A stretch of 64,000 nt of DNA from Mobula hypostoma. Its lineage: Eukaryota. Within the stretch, counting starts at the first letter, position 1, and every line of letters starts with the position of its first letter. The translations under genes were made by a program, and so were the position numbers. Shown one piece after another: positions 23,024-33,455 of this stretch. The DNA is taken from assembly GCF_963921235.1 (NCBI RefSeq), contig NC_086097.1, positions 71,054,001-71,118,000 of the forward strand, given 5' to 3'. Below the pieces are notes generated by a model, which had not been told where the DNA came from, searched no databases, and saw nothing but the letters and a program-made list of their open reading frames with translations.

Positions 23024-25003
23024 CAGAAGTAGCATACAAATTAGCCAGAGAAAGTGGCTCACCTGAGGACTGGGAGAAATTCAGAGTTCAGCAGAGGAGG
23101 ACAAAGGGCTTAATTAGGAAGGGGAAAAAAGATTATGAGAGAAAACTGGCAGAGAACATAAAAACGGACTGTAAAAGCTTTTATAGATATGTAAAAAGGA
23201 AAAGACTGATAAAGACAAATGTAGGTCCCCTGCAAACAGAAACAGGTGAATTGATTATGGGGAGCAAGGACATGGCAGACCAATTGAATAATTACTTTGG
23301 TTCTGTCTTCACTAAGGAGGACATAAATAATCTTCCAGAAATAGTAAGGGACAGAGGGTCCAGTGAGATGGAGGAACTGAGCGAAATACATGTTAGTAGG
23401 GAAGTGGTGTTAGGTAAATTGAAGGGATTGAAGGCAGATAAATCCCCAGGGCCAGATGGTCTGCATCCCAGAGTGCTTAAGGAAGTGGCCCAAGAAATAG
23501 TGGATGCATTAGTGATAATTTTTCAAAACTCGTTAGATTCTGGACTAGTTCCTGAGGATTGGAGGGTGGCTAATGTAACCCCACTTTTTAAAAAAGGAGG
23601 GAGAGAGAAATCGGGGAATTATAGGCCGGTTAGCCTAACGTCGGTGGTGGGGAAACTGCTGGAGTCAGTTATCAAGGATGTGATAACAGCACATTTGAAA
23701 AGCGGTGAAATGATCGGACAAAGTCAGCATGGATTTGTGAAAGGAAAATCATGTCTGACGAATCTCATAGAATTTTTTGAGGATGTAACTAGTAGAGTGG
23801 ATAGGGTATATTTGGATTTTCAAAAGGCTTTTGACAAGGTCCCACACAGGAGATTAGTGTGCAAACTTAAAGCACACGGTATTGGGGGTAAGGTATTGGT
23901 GTGGGTGGAGAATTGGTTAGCAGACAGGAAGCAAAGAGTGGGAATAAACGGGACCTTTTCAGAATGGCAGGCGGTGACTAGTGGGGTACCGCAAGGCTCA
24001 GTGCTGGGACCCCAGTTGTTTACAATATATATTAATGACTTGGATGAGGGAATTAAATGCAGCATCTCCAAGTTTGCGGATGACACGAAGCTGGGTGGCA
24101 GTGTTAGCAGTGAGGAGGATGCTAAGAGGATGCAGGGTGACTTGGATAGGTTGGGTGAGTGGGCAAACTCATGGCAGATGCAATTTAATGTGGATAAATG
24201 TGAAGTTATCCACTTTGGTGGCAAAAATAGGAAAACAGATTATTATCTGAATGGTGGCCGATTAGGAAAAGGGGAGGTGCAACGAGACCTGGGTGTCATT
24301 ATACACCAGTCATTGAAAGTCGGCATGCAGGTACAGCAGGCGGTGAAAAAGGCGAACGGTATGCTGGCATTTATAGCGAGAGGATTCAAGTACAGGAGCA
24401 GGGAGGTACTACTGCAGTTGTACAAGGCCTTGGTGAGACCACACCTGGAGTATTGTGTGCAGTTTTGGTCCCCTAATCTGAGGAAAGACATCTTTGCTAT
24501 AGAGGGAGTACAAAGAAGGTTCACCAGATTGATTCCTGGGATGGCAGGTCTTTCATATGAAGAAAGACTGGATGAACTGGGCTTGTACTCGTTGGAATTT
24601 AGAAGATTGAGGGGGGATCTGATTGAAACGTATAAGATCCTAAAGGGATTGGACAGGCTAGATGCGGGAAGATTGTTCCCGATGTTGGGGAGGTCTAGAA
24701 CGAGGGGTCACAGTTTGAGGATAGAGGGGAAGCCTTTTAGGACCGAGGTTAGGAAAAACTTCTTCACACAGAGAGTGGTGAATCTGTGGAATTCTCTGCC
24801 ACAGCAAACTGTTGAGGCCAGTTCATTAGCTATGTTTAAAAGGAAGTTAGATATGGCCCTTGTGGCTACAGGGGTCAGGGGGTATGGAGGGAAGGCTGGG
24901 TTCTGAGTTGGATGATCAGCCATGATCATAATAAATGGCGGTGCAGGCTCGAAGGGCCGAATGGCCTACTCCTGCACCTATTTTCTATGTTTCTATGTTT
25001 CTA
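23024..25003 (+). mobile_element. Young 5'-truncated CR1 LINE
   Basis: Uninterrupted ORF2 frame, 3' UTR and (TTTCTATG)n tail; CTATG is repeated at both junctions. Confidence 0.96.
23026..24906 (+). CDS. CR1 ORF2 reverse transcriptase (5'-truncated, no endonuclease)
   Basis: Frame is open from the 5' junction to the stop; motifs NYRPVSLTS, YLDFQKAFDKVPH, GVPQGSVLGP, KFADDTK. About 6 codons are missing at SRVDR^VYLDF relative to other CR1 copies in the window. Probably not translated as a gene. Confidence 0.85.
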   Translation, partial: EVAYKLARESGSPEDWEKFRVQQRRTKGLIRKGKKDYERKLAENIKTDCKSFYRYVKRKRLIKTNVGPLQTETGELIMGSKDMADQLNNYFGSVFTKEDINNLPEIVRDRGSSEMEELSEIHVSREVVLGKLKGLKADKSPGPDGLHPRVLKEVAQEIVDALVIIFQNSLDSGLVPEDWRVANVTPLFKKGGREKSGNYRPVSLTSVVGKLLESVIKDVITAHLKSGEMIGQSQHGFVKGKSCLTNLIEFFEDVTSRVDRVYLDFQKAFDKVPHRRLVCKLKAHGIGGKVLVWVENWLADRKQRVGINGTFSEWQAVTSGVPQGSVLGPQLFTIYINDLDEGIKCSISKFADDTKLGGSVSSEEDAKRMQGDLDRLGEWANSWQMQFNVDKCEVIHFGGKNRKTDYYLNGGRLGKGEVQRDLGVIIHQSLKVGMQVQQAVKKANGMLAFIARGFKYRSREVLLQLYKALVRPHLEYCVQFWSPNLRKDIFAIEGVQRRFTRLIPGMAGLSYEERLDELGLYSLEFRRLRGDLIETYKILKGLDRLDAGRLFPMLGRSRTRGHSLRIEGKPFRTEVRKNFFTQRVVNLWNSLPQQTVEASSLAMFKRKLDMALVATGVRGYGGKAGF

Positions 25004-25196
25004 TGTTGTGTTCTTTACATGTACCATGGGTTACTCATGAAGACATATATTCCAGAAGAACATAACTAGAACTTTTATTTAACAGCAAACAGCAACCACG
25101 TTTTAACATACAAGCTTCTCAATCATTCTGTCATTTCTGCGCATGCTCATATTCCGTCCAATCACGTTCTGACACGTGACTCATGATATCACCACA
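25004..25196 (-). repeat. 5' LTR of the Gypsy element
   Basis: Direct repeat of 21448-21640 (~93% identical by hand count). Confidence 0.95.
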
Positions 25197-26649
25197 GGTA
25201 ACTTCACACACTTCATGACTCCTGACACCTGGAACTTCCACCATACTGCTAGTGTCTTCCACAGTGAAGACTGATGCAAAATACTTGTTCAGATCTCTTT
25301 CCATACCCCCTGTTACTACCTCTCCAGCAAGGTTTTTCAGTGGTCTGATATCCACTCTCACCTCTCTTTTACACTTTATATAGCTGAAGAAACTCTTGGT
25401 ATCCTCTTTAATATTGTTGGCTAGCTTACTTTTGTACTCTATCTTTACCTTGTTAATGACTTTTTAGTTGCCTTCTGTTAATTTTAAAAGCTTCCCAATC
25501 CTCTAACTTCCCACTATTTTTTGCTTTATTATATGCCCTCCATATGGCATTTAATATTTGCTTTGACTTCTCTTATTAGCCACAGTTGTATCAACTTGCC
25601 TTTAGAGTACTTCTTCCTCTTTGGGATGTATATTTCCTGTGCCTTCTGAGTTGCTCCCCAAGAGTTTATTTACCTTAGGCTCTCTAATCAATTCTGGTTA
25701 ATTGCACAACACCCACACCAGAACAGATGATCCCCTAGTGGGCTCAACCACGAGTTGCTCTAAAAAGCCATCTTGTAGGCATTCTAGAAACTCCTCCTCT
25801 TGGAATCCAGCACCAACCTGATTTTTCCAATGTACCTATCCATTGAAATCCTCCATGACTATCGTAACATTGCCCTTCTGGCATGCATTTTCTATTTTCC
25901 ATTGTAATTTCTAGACTACATCTTTACTACTGTTTGGGGGTCTGTATATAACTCCCACCAGGGCCTTTTCACCCTTGCAGTTCCTTAGCTCCATCCGCAA
26001 TGATCAATACCTTCTGACCCCATGTCACCTCTTTCTACTGATTCAGTAATGCCAGCATCATCACACATGCCAATCTGGAACTGTGCTACAAATTCATCTA
26101 CCTTATTGTGCATACTGCGTGCATTCAAATATAACACCTTCAGTCCTGTATTCACCCTTTTCAAATTTGTCCACTTTTCATGTTGCAACTCATCCTGTTG
26201 TCTGGAAAAGGTATTGGAAGGTATTCTAAGGGACTGGATTTATAAGTATTGGGATGGATTAGGCACAGTCAACATGGCTTTGTGTGTGGTAGGTTGTGTC
26301 TAATCAATCTTATAGAGTTTTTCAAGGACATTACTAGGAAAGTTGATGAAGGCCAGGCAGTGGATAGGTCATGGGTTAAGGGTGAAAGGTGAAATGTTTG
26401 AGTGGAACATGAGGTGGAACTTCTTCACTCAGAAGATGGTGAGAGTGGAACGACCTGCCAGTGGAAGTGGTGGATGTGGTTCAATTTCAACATTTAAGAG
26501 AAATTTGGATAGGTGCATGAATGGGAGGGGTATAGAGGGATATGGTCTGGGTGCATGTTGATAGGACTAGGCAAATTAATGGTTTGGCACAGACTAGATG
26601 GGCCAAAAGACCTGTGTCTGTGCTGTAGTGGTCTATGGCTCTGACTATG

Positions 26650-27590
26650 ACACACAAAATGCTGGAGGAACTCAGCAAGTCAGGTGGCGTCAATGGAAAT
26701 GAATCGATGTTTTGGTCCGAGACCCTTCATCAGGAGTGGAAAGAAAGGGGGAAGATGCCAGAATAAGAAGCTGGGGGAGGAGAAGAAGGGCAAGCTAAAA
26801 GATGATAGGTGTAGCTAGGTGCGTAGGGGAAGGTTGATGAAGTACGAATCTGGAAGATGATAAGCGGAAAAGGCAAAGTGCTGGAGAAGAAGGAATCTTA
26901 TAGGAGAAGAGGGGATCATGGGAGAAAGGAAAGGAGGAAGGGCATCTGGGTGAGGTGATAGGTGAAAAGAAGTCAATGTAAGGAAATAATAAAGAGGGAA
27001 GGGGAGGGGATAAAATCGCTCAAGTTGGAGAAATTGATGTTTATGCCATCAGGTTGGAGGCTATCCAAAGGGAATAGGAGATGTTGCACCTCCAACCAAA
27101 AAGTGGCCTGGTCATAGCAGAAGAGGAGGCCATAGACGGAAATGGGAAAAGGAATTGAAATGTTTGGTCACCAGGAAATTCCTCATTTTGTAGATGGAGC
27201 TGAGGTGCTCGACAAAGCAGTCCCCCAATCTATGTTGAGTCTCACCTGGAAGGACTGTTTGGGGCCCTGAATGAAGGTGATAGAGGATGGGAATGGGCAG
27301 GTGTAGCATGTCTGCCACTTGCAGGGGTGAGCTTCAGGAGGGAGATTAGTGAGGAGGGATGAACGGACAAAAGAACTATGTAGGGAGCAATCACTGCGGA
27401 AAGTGAGGAGTGGGGGGAGGGGAGGTAAATGTGAGTTTGGTGGAAGGGTCCCAATGAAGATGATGGAAGTTGCAGCAAATGATGAGCTGGATGCAAAGCT
27501 CATGGGGTGGTAGGTGAGGACAACAGGAACTCTATCCTGTTAAGGTGCCTTGAAAATGTGGTGAGGGTAGATGTCCAGGAAACAGAGAGA
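26650..27590 (-). mobile_element. Decayed Penelope-like element (GIY-YIG end, 3' UTR, degenerate hammerhead)
   Basis: Minus ORF ..PCKWQTCYTCPFPSSITFIQGPKQSFQVR and ETQHRLGDCFVEHL; minus-strand CTGATGAAGGGTCTCGGACCAAAACATC at ~26703-26735. Confidence 0.88.
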
Positions 27591-27599
27591 TAGCCAGCC

Positions 27600-27953
27600 T
27601 GTTGGCAATACCTCTTCCAGGGCTTGTGGCAGTTGAAACTCCCAGACTCAGACAGCTCCTTCACAGACACAACCCTATTTACCATCGAGGACATTGGTGC
27701 ATCAAGAAGTTGGCATCCATCATAAAGGATCCTCATCATCTGGGACATGCCCTCTTCTCATTGCTACCATCAGGGAGATCATACAGGAGCTGCTATACCA
27801 TCAGATTACTGAGTGGTCCACAAACACCACCTTGTTCCTTTTTTTGGCACTATTTATCAAGTAACATAGTACTTTTTTTTGTCTTGCACTGTACTGTTGC
27901 TGCAAAACAACAAATTTTATATGATATGTCTGTGATAATAAACCTGATTCTGA
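27600..27953 (+). mobile_element. Rex1/Babar-type LINE 3' end
   Basis: CIKKLASIIKDPHHLGHALFSLLPSGRSYR; tail TGATAATAAACCTGATTCTGA. Confidence 0.8.
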
Positions 27954-28769
27954 AAACTGCACCCGATTCTTCTTAAGAACATAAAAAAAATAGGCGCAGG
28001 AGAAGGCCATTTTGCCAATCGAGACTTCTCCACCATTCCGTTAGATCAAGGTTGATCTGTTACCAAAAGTGGGCCACTGGGCTCTAACATTCCACTCCTG
28101 GCTCCATGCCAGTGAGCTAGGCTTCTCATCCACTTAAAGTTTGTGTGTTTTAGATTTTCTATTCATGATAGTTAATACAGTGGTTAATTGTTTGCCTCTT
28201 TGAAAATGTTACTGTGATATAAGGTTTGCGCAGATATTTTTTTGTATTTCATTTCACATATTAAGCACCACAATATAAATCCTTCATAAATCTCAAAGAT
28301 TTTAAGTGGATACATAACTCAGCCCCAAATAATTCTGAGATGAGATTGGTCCTTCACCAATGATTGACTAATAAGTCCTACATGTATCAGGGTACATTGA
28401 GGTACCTTTTGTCAAATAATAATTGAATGATATCATTATATGGATTATATATACATTCACTATTTAAACATCAGGTAGCTACCTGTAAAGTGTGTTGCAT
28501 GGACTAAAGTATTATTGCAATTAATAGTTCTCTGCAATTAATAAAAAAATGCTTCATCATCATCATCTAAATATCTGATATTTAAACTGGGGGATATTAT
28601 TCTACTAAAGGAGCGTAACAGGTTGAAGAGGTTAAACCCAATCCAACTTGGATCTGGAGAACCTGTTGATGTAGTGTGATTGGATTTTCACAATACTTTT
28701 GACAGGGAGCTATATTTAAGCCTAGTGCACAAATAATGGTGCTTGGAGAAGTGTGTCAGCATGGATTGA

Positions 28770-30295
28770 GGCTTTTGACCCTGTTGCTATTACAAATAGA
28801 ACCATTTTGAATTTGGAAATATGAATGTTGTACGATTGACAAAAATATACTCAGCTACTATAGTTCCACAATCCCTTACCCGAAATCCTTGGGGCCAGTT
28901 GCATTTTGGAATTCAGAATATTTCGGATTTCAGACCCCCACCCCCGATACCAAAAAACATGTATGCTCAAGTCCCTTATGTAACCTCAGTGCAGTGGACT
29001 TTAGGACCCGGCAGCGTAACAAACCTACGCACATCCTCCCGTATACTTTATATCATCTCTAGATTACTTACAACACCTAATACAATGTAACTGCTATGTA
29101 AATAGTTGTTATACTGTATTGTTTAGGGAATAATGACAAGAAAAATTTTTATTACCAATAAAAACATTCAATAAAACATAAAAATATAGAGCTTCAAACA
29201 AACCGAATCAAACACATGGTAAATGACTTACTGGAATAAATGTAGAACGTCACTGTCACTGTCACGATAAAACTTCAGTAACTTGTCTTTCTGTTTATTT
29301 AAATCATATACAGTGGTATTTCTAACACTATTTTCTTCAGTAAGACGCCGCACAGACACACCACGATCAAGCTTCTGCAATAACTCCACTTTCTGCGTTA
29401 TTGATAATGATAGATGCTTCCTTCTCTTTTTCTCATCGTTACCCATAGGGGTATCTGCAGCTCTTTTTGACATTTTCACAGTGAAATTAATCACAAAGTT
29501 AACAGTGAACACAAAATATCAGCGACCAGCAAATACATGTGTAACCAGTACGGGCGCTGAGCCACATCTGACGTCTGGCGGCCTCTGCTAGTGCTGCCAC
29601 GTCACACCTGAGTGACGTCAGCTGTTGGCGAAAAAAATTTCGGTTTTCGGAGCTTTTTGGATTCCAGAATTTCAGATAAAGGAATGTGCAGCTGTATTAC
29701 AAACTATGACAAAAGTGTTGCCTCGAAAACATTGCAGCAATACTACGATTTAAAATTTGTTGTTTCTTAGAAAGTTAAGACTGGTTCAATTAAGATGTTC
29801 ACTGATATGTTGAACTACGTGCTTAGAAATTAAGAATTTGAAGAACTGCCAATTCTTGTTGACATCGTTGGAACATTTCAAGCTTCTAATGCTGACTGCG
29901 AATGTAGATTCAACCTGATGAATTCAATTAAATGTGAATCCAGAAACAGACTAGAAGTGGAACAGTTGGATGATCTAATGAGGGTTAAGATGTACTTTTC
30001 ATCTGGATGTGAACTTAATCTGGATAGTGTTTAAAGGCAATGGATTTCTAATAAAGCAGACATGAAAAAGTTTATGAAACTTGAAGGATTTTCTTTGTGG
30101 TACTGTGTGTCATTATACCCTTTAATTAATAAATAAAATCAAAAGTGTGTGATTTTTCAATTTTCATTCTAAATATTTATAGTCTGCTTATTACCAAAAA
30201 AAATTAATGATCTACACAATTTTCAGGCTGTGTAAAAATATCCTGCTCAGAGCAATGGTTGGTCAATGCAGCTTTAAAAAATAGAGGGAATGTTG
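28770..30295 (+). mobile_element. hAT transposon 3' relic (ZNF862-like dimerisation domain), split by a Tigger element
   Basis: 29697-30033 translates with 2 stops as ..ELPILVDIVGTFQASNADCECRFNLMNSIKCESRNRLEVEQLDDLMRVKM (S.A.CER.FS.MN.IK...RNRL motif). TIR-like end TAGAGGGAATGTTG at 30282-30295. Confidence 0.8.
28861..29694 (-). mobile_element. Non-autonomous pogo/Tigger element with both TIRs and TA TSD
   Basis: TA at 28859-60 and 29695-96; left end TAGTTCCACAATCCCTTACCCGAAAT versus reverse complement of right end CAGCTGCACATTCCTTTATCTGAAAT. Minus ORF MSKRAADTPMGNDEKKRRKHLSLSITQKVELLQKLDRGVSVRRLTEE..TTVYDLNKQKDKLLKFY (HTH_psq/CENP-B N-terminus, Tigger4/JRKL-like). Confidence 0.9.
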
Positions 30296-30642
30296 GTTGG
30301 AATAAATGGTCTTTTTTCTATCTGGAAGGATGTAACTAATGGAGCTCTCCATGGACTGGTTCTTCATCCTCATGATTTATTGTAATGACCTGGAGAAGGG
30401 GGCAGATGGTGAGGTATTGACTGCTAGCCAATCACTGAAAAATAGGTGTGAAGAGATGTTGCAATGAAAGTAAATATGCAAGATGACTGTGGCAAAACCC
30501 TGAGGTCACGCATTTAATAAGAGGAATCTAAAGGCAGATAGTTACCTAAATGGGGAAATATCATGGATGAGTGAAATACTGGGCTCTAAAGTACAAATCA
30601 CAATATGTTACCTGGCAGTTACAGCAAGTAGCTAGGAAGGCG

Positions 30643-33455
30643 AAGTTCAAAGTAATTTTATTATGAAAGTACATACATGTCACCATATACAACCCTGAAA
30701 TTCATTTTCTTGTGGGCATTCACAGTATACACTAAAAATATAATAGAATCAATGAAAGACTGCACACAAGGCAGACAATCAGAATCAGAATCAGGTTTAT
30801 TATCGTGAAATTTGTGTCGTGAAATTTGTTGACAGCAGCAGCAGTTCAATGCAATGCATAATATAGAAAATGAAGAAGAAGAAAAATAAAATAAATATAA
30901 TAATAATAATAATAAGTAAATCAAATAATCAATATGTCAAAAACAACAAACTGAAAATATAAAAAGAAATAAATGAACAAGCACAATAATATCATAAACA
31001 AATAAGCAATAACTATTGAGAACCTGAGATGAGGATTCATTGAAAGTGAGTCCATTGTTTGTGGGAACAGTTCAGTGTCATTTGAGTGAAGTTGAGTAAA
31101 GTTATCCCCTTTAGTTTAAGATCCTGATGGTTGAGGGCAAATAACTGTTCCTGAATCTGGTAGTGTGGGACCTATGACTCCTGGACCTCCTTCCTGAGGG
31201 CAGCAGCAACAAGAGAGCATGACATAGATAGTGGGGGTTCTTGATGATAGATGCTGCTTTCCTGTAACTTTGCTGCTTGTGCACGTGACATTGGTGGGCA
31301 GTTCTTTACCTGTGATGGGCTGGGCTGAATCCACTAACTTTTCCACTCAAGGCCATTGGTGTTTCCATACCAGACCATGATGCAACCAGTCAGTATACAC
31401 TCCACCACACATATTTAGAAGTTTGTCAAAGTTTTAGATGACATGCCGAATCTTTGCAGACTTCTTTCTTTACAATGGTGCTTATATGCCGGACTCAGGA
31501 CATATCCTCTGAAACAATAATGCAAAGAAAATTAAAGTTGCCGACTCTCTCTACTGACAATCCCCTATGAGGAGTGGCTCATGGACCCGCGGTTTCCTCC
31601 CCTTGAGTCAATAATCAGCTTTTAGGTTTTGCTGACATTCAGTGAGAGGTTGTTGTGACATCAGTCAAGCAGATTTCCTTTATGCTAATTTGTCTCAACT
31701 TTAGATTCAGCCAATGACAGTGGTGTCATCAGCGAACTTAAGTATGGCATTTGAGCTGTACTCAGCCTCACAGTTATAAATACAGAGTGGGGGCTAAATA
31801 CACAACCTTGTGGTGCACCTGCACTGGTGGAGATTGTGGAGGAGACGTTGTTGCCAATCCGAACTACCTGGTTTCTACAATTGAGGAAATCAAGGATCCA
31901 ATTGCACAAGGAGGTATTGAGGCCAAGGTCTTGAAGCTTATTGATTAGTTTTGAGGGGATGATAATATTGAATGCAGAGTTGTAGCCAATGACTAGCATT
32001 TTGATGTAAGCATGCATCTTTGCTATCCAGGTGTTCTAGGGTTGAATGAAAAGCCAATGAAATGGCATCTACTGTTGACCTGTTGAGACAATAGGCAAAT
32101 TGGAGCGGATCCTAGTCACCTTTCATGCAGGAGTTGATATGTTTCATCTCCAAGCTCAAAAAGCCCTTCATCACACTGGATGTAAGTGCTTCTGGATGAT
32201 AGTCATTGAGCGAGGTTACAAAGTTCTTCTTGGACACTTGGATGATTGAAGCCTGCTTGAAGCAGACTACCAAAGCTAGAGATTAAAGATATCAGTGAAT
32301 ACTCCAGCCAGTTGATCAGCACAGTTATTTAGTACTTGGTCTGGTACCCCATCTAGGCTAGATGCATTCCGTGGGTTCACCCTCCTGAAAGATGCTCTCA
32401 CAACAGCCTCAGAGACTGAAAGCACAGTGTTGTCAGGGGCTGCGGGAGTTTGTGAAGGTGCCTCCATGCTTTGTCATTCAAAGCAAACTTAAAAGGCATT
32501 GAGCTGATCTGGGAGCAAAACCTTTTTGTCACATATTTCACTGGGTTTTACTTTGTAAGAGGAGGTAGCATTCAAGCCCTGCCACAATTACTGAGCGTTG
32601 TTCTGTGCTTCTGGAATTGACATGTAGCATGTGAGTTGGCCTTCCAAAGATCATGCCCGGATCTCCTGTATTTTAGTTGGTCACTGGACCTGAACACCAC
32701 TATTCTGGCCTTCAGCAGATTACAGATCTCTTGGTTCGTCCAGGCCTTCTGGTTGGGAGGACTCTAAATGATTTTGTGGGGGCACACTCATCCGTGACTG
32801 GCTTTATAAAGTCTGTGACAACCATGGCGTAGTCGTTCAGATGAGTCCTTGAACATGGCCCAGTCTACTGACTTGAATTTGTTGTGTAGCCACTCCTCTG
32901 CCTCCTGTGACCACCTCTTCTTTGCCTTTACTTCTGGAGCCTTGCGTTTTAGCCTTTTCCTGTACGCGAGTAGGAGGAGGACAGCCAAACTGTAGTCCAG
33001 CGATGGAAAAGTAGACATTCCATATGATAGTGTAGCAGCAGTTGATTGTGTTGGGATCTCTAGTGCTGCAGGTGATGTGTTGTTGATAATTGGGCAGAGA
33101 TGTCTTCAAGCAGGTTTGTTCAAAGTCCCTGGCAGTGATTTGAAAGGCGTCGGGGTCTTCTGTTTCTTGTTTGCTGATTGCGACACTCAATACATCGAAT
33201 GCTTGTTTAACATTGGCCTTTGGCAGTGCGTAAACTGTGGTCAGGACCATGGAAGAGAAATCTCTTGGTAAGTAGAATGGATGACATTTAAACATTGAAT
33301 GTGTCAGATCGGGGAAATAAGAGTGTGACAAGGCCGCTGTGTCCGAGCACCACGAAGCCCTCATCATGAAACACAGGCCCCCTCCTTTTTCCCTCTTTGA
33401 ATCAGCAGTCCAGTCCATCTGGTGGATCAAGAAGCCCTTGAGCCTGACTGTCGTA
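30643..33455 (-). mobile_element. Rex1/Babar-type LINE (APE and RT remnants), with a second LINE tail nested at ~30777-30925
   Basis: Minus ORFs KREKGGGLCFMMRASWC..KCHPFYLPRDFS (APE), [79 protein letters not shown]. Confidence 0.88.

Larger units (their letters stand above)
21448..25196 (-). mobile_element. Non-autonomous Gypsy-type LTR retrotransposon (LTR-PBS-gag-integrase tail-PPT-LTR) carrying a CR1 insertion
   Basis: Two 193-bp TG..CA LTRs (21448-21640, 25004-25196), PBS, PPT, gag with zinc knuckles and an integrase C-terminal remnant. Flanked by GGT/GGT, and the host CR1 rejoins across it. Confidence 0.93.
19566..26198 (-). mobile_element. CR1 LINE (ORF2 APE-RT-3' UTR), host of several nested insertions
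   Basis: Minus-strand ORFs: LKVLYLNARSMHNKVDE (APE, ~26100), KYFASVFTVED (~25280), VGKMLESIVKD..SCLTDLLEFFEE (~21100), FVADDTK (~20750), GLEYISKDIMLRLYKAL..RVVNLWNSL (19624-20181); tail repeats at 19566-19590. Confidence 0.92.

Noticed and set aside
23820..24929. Several minus-strand ORFs of 73-134 aa (and their mirrors at 58332-59066)
   Set aside because: Antisense shadows of the CR1 RT frame, shared only because the two CR1 copies are near-identical.
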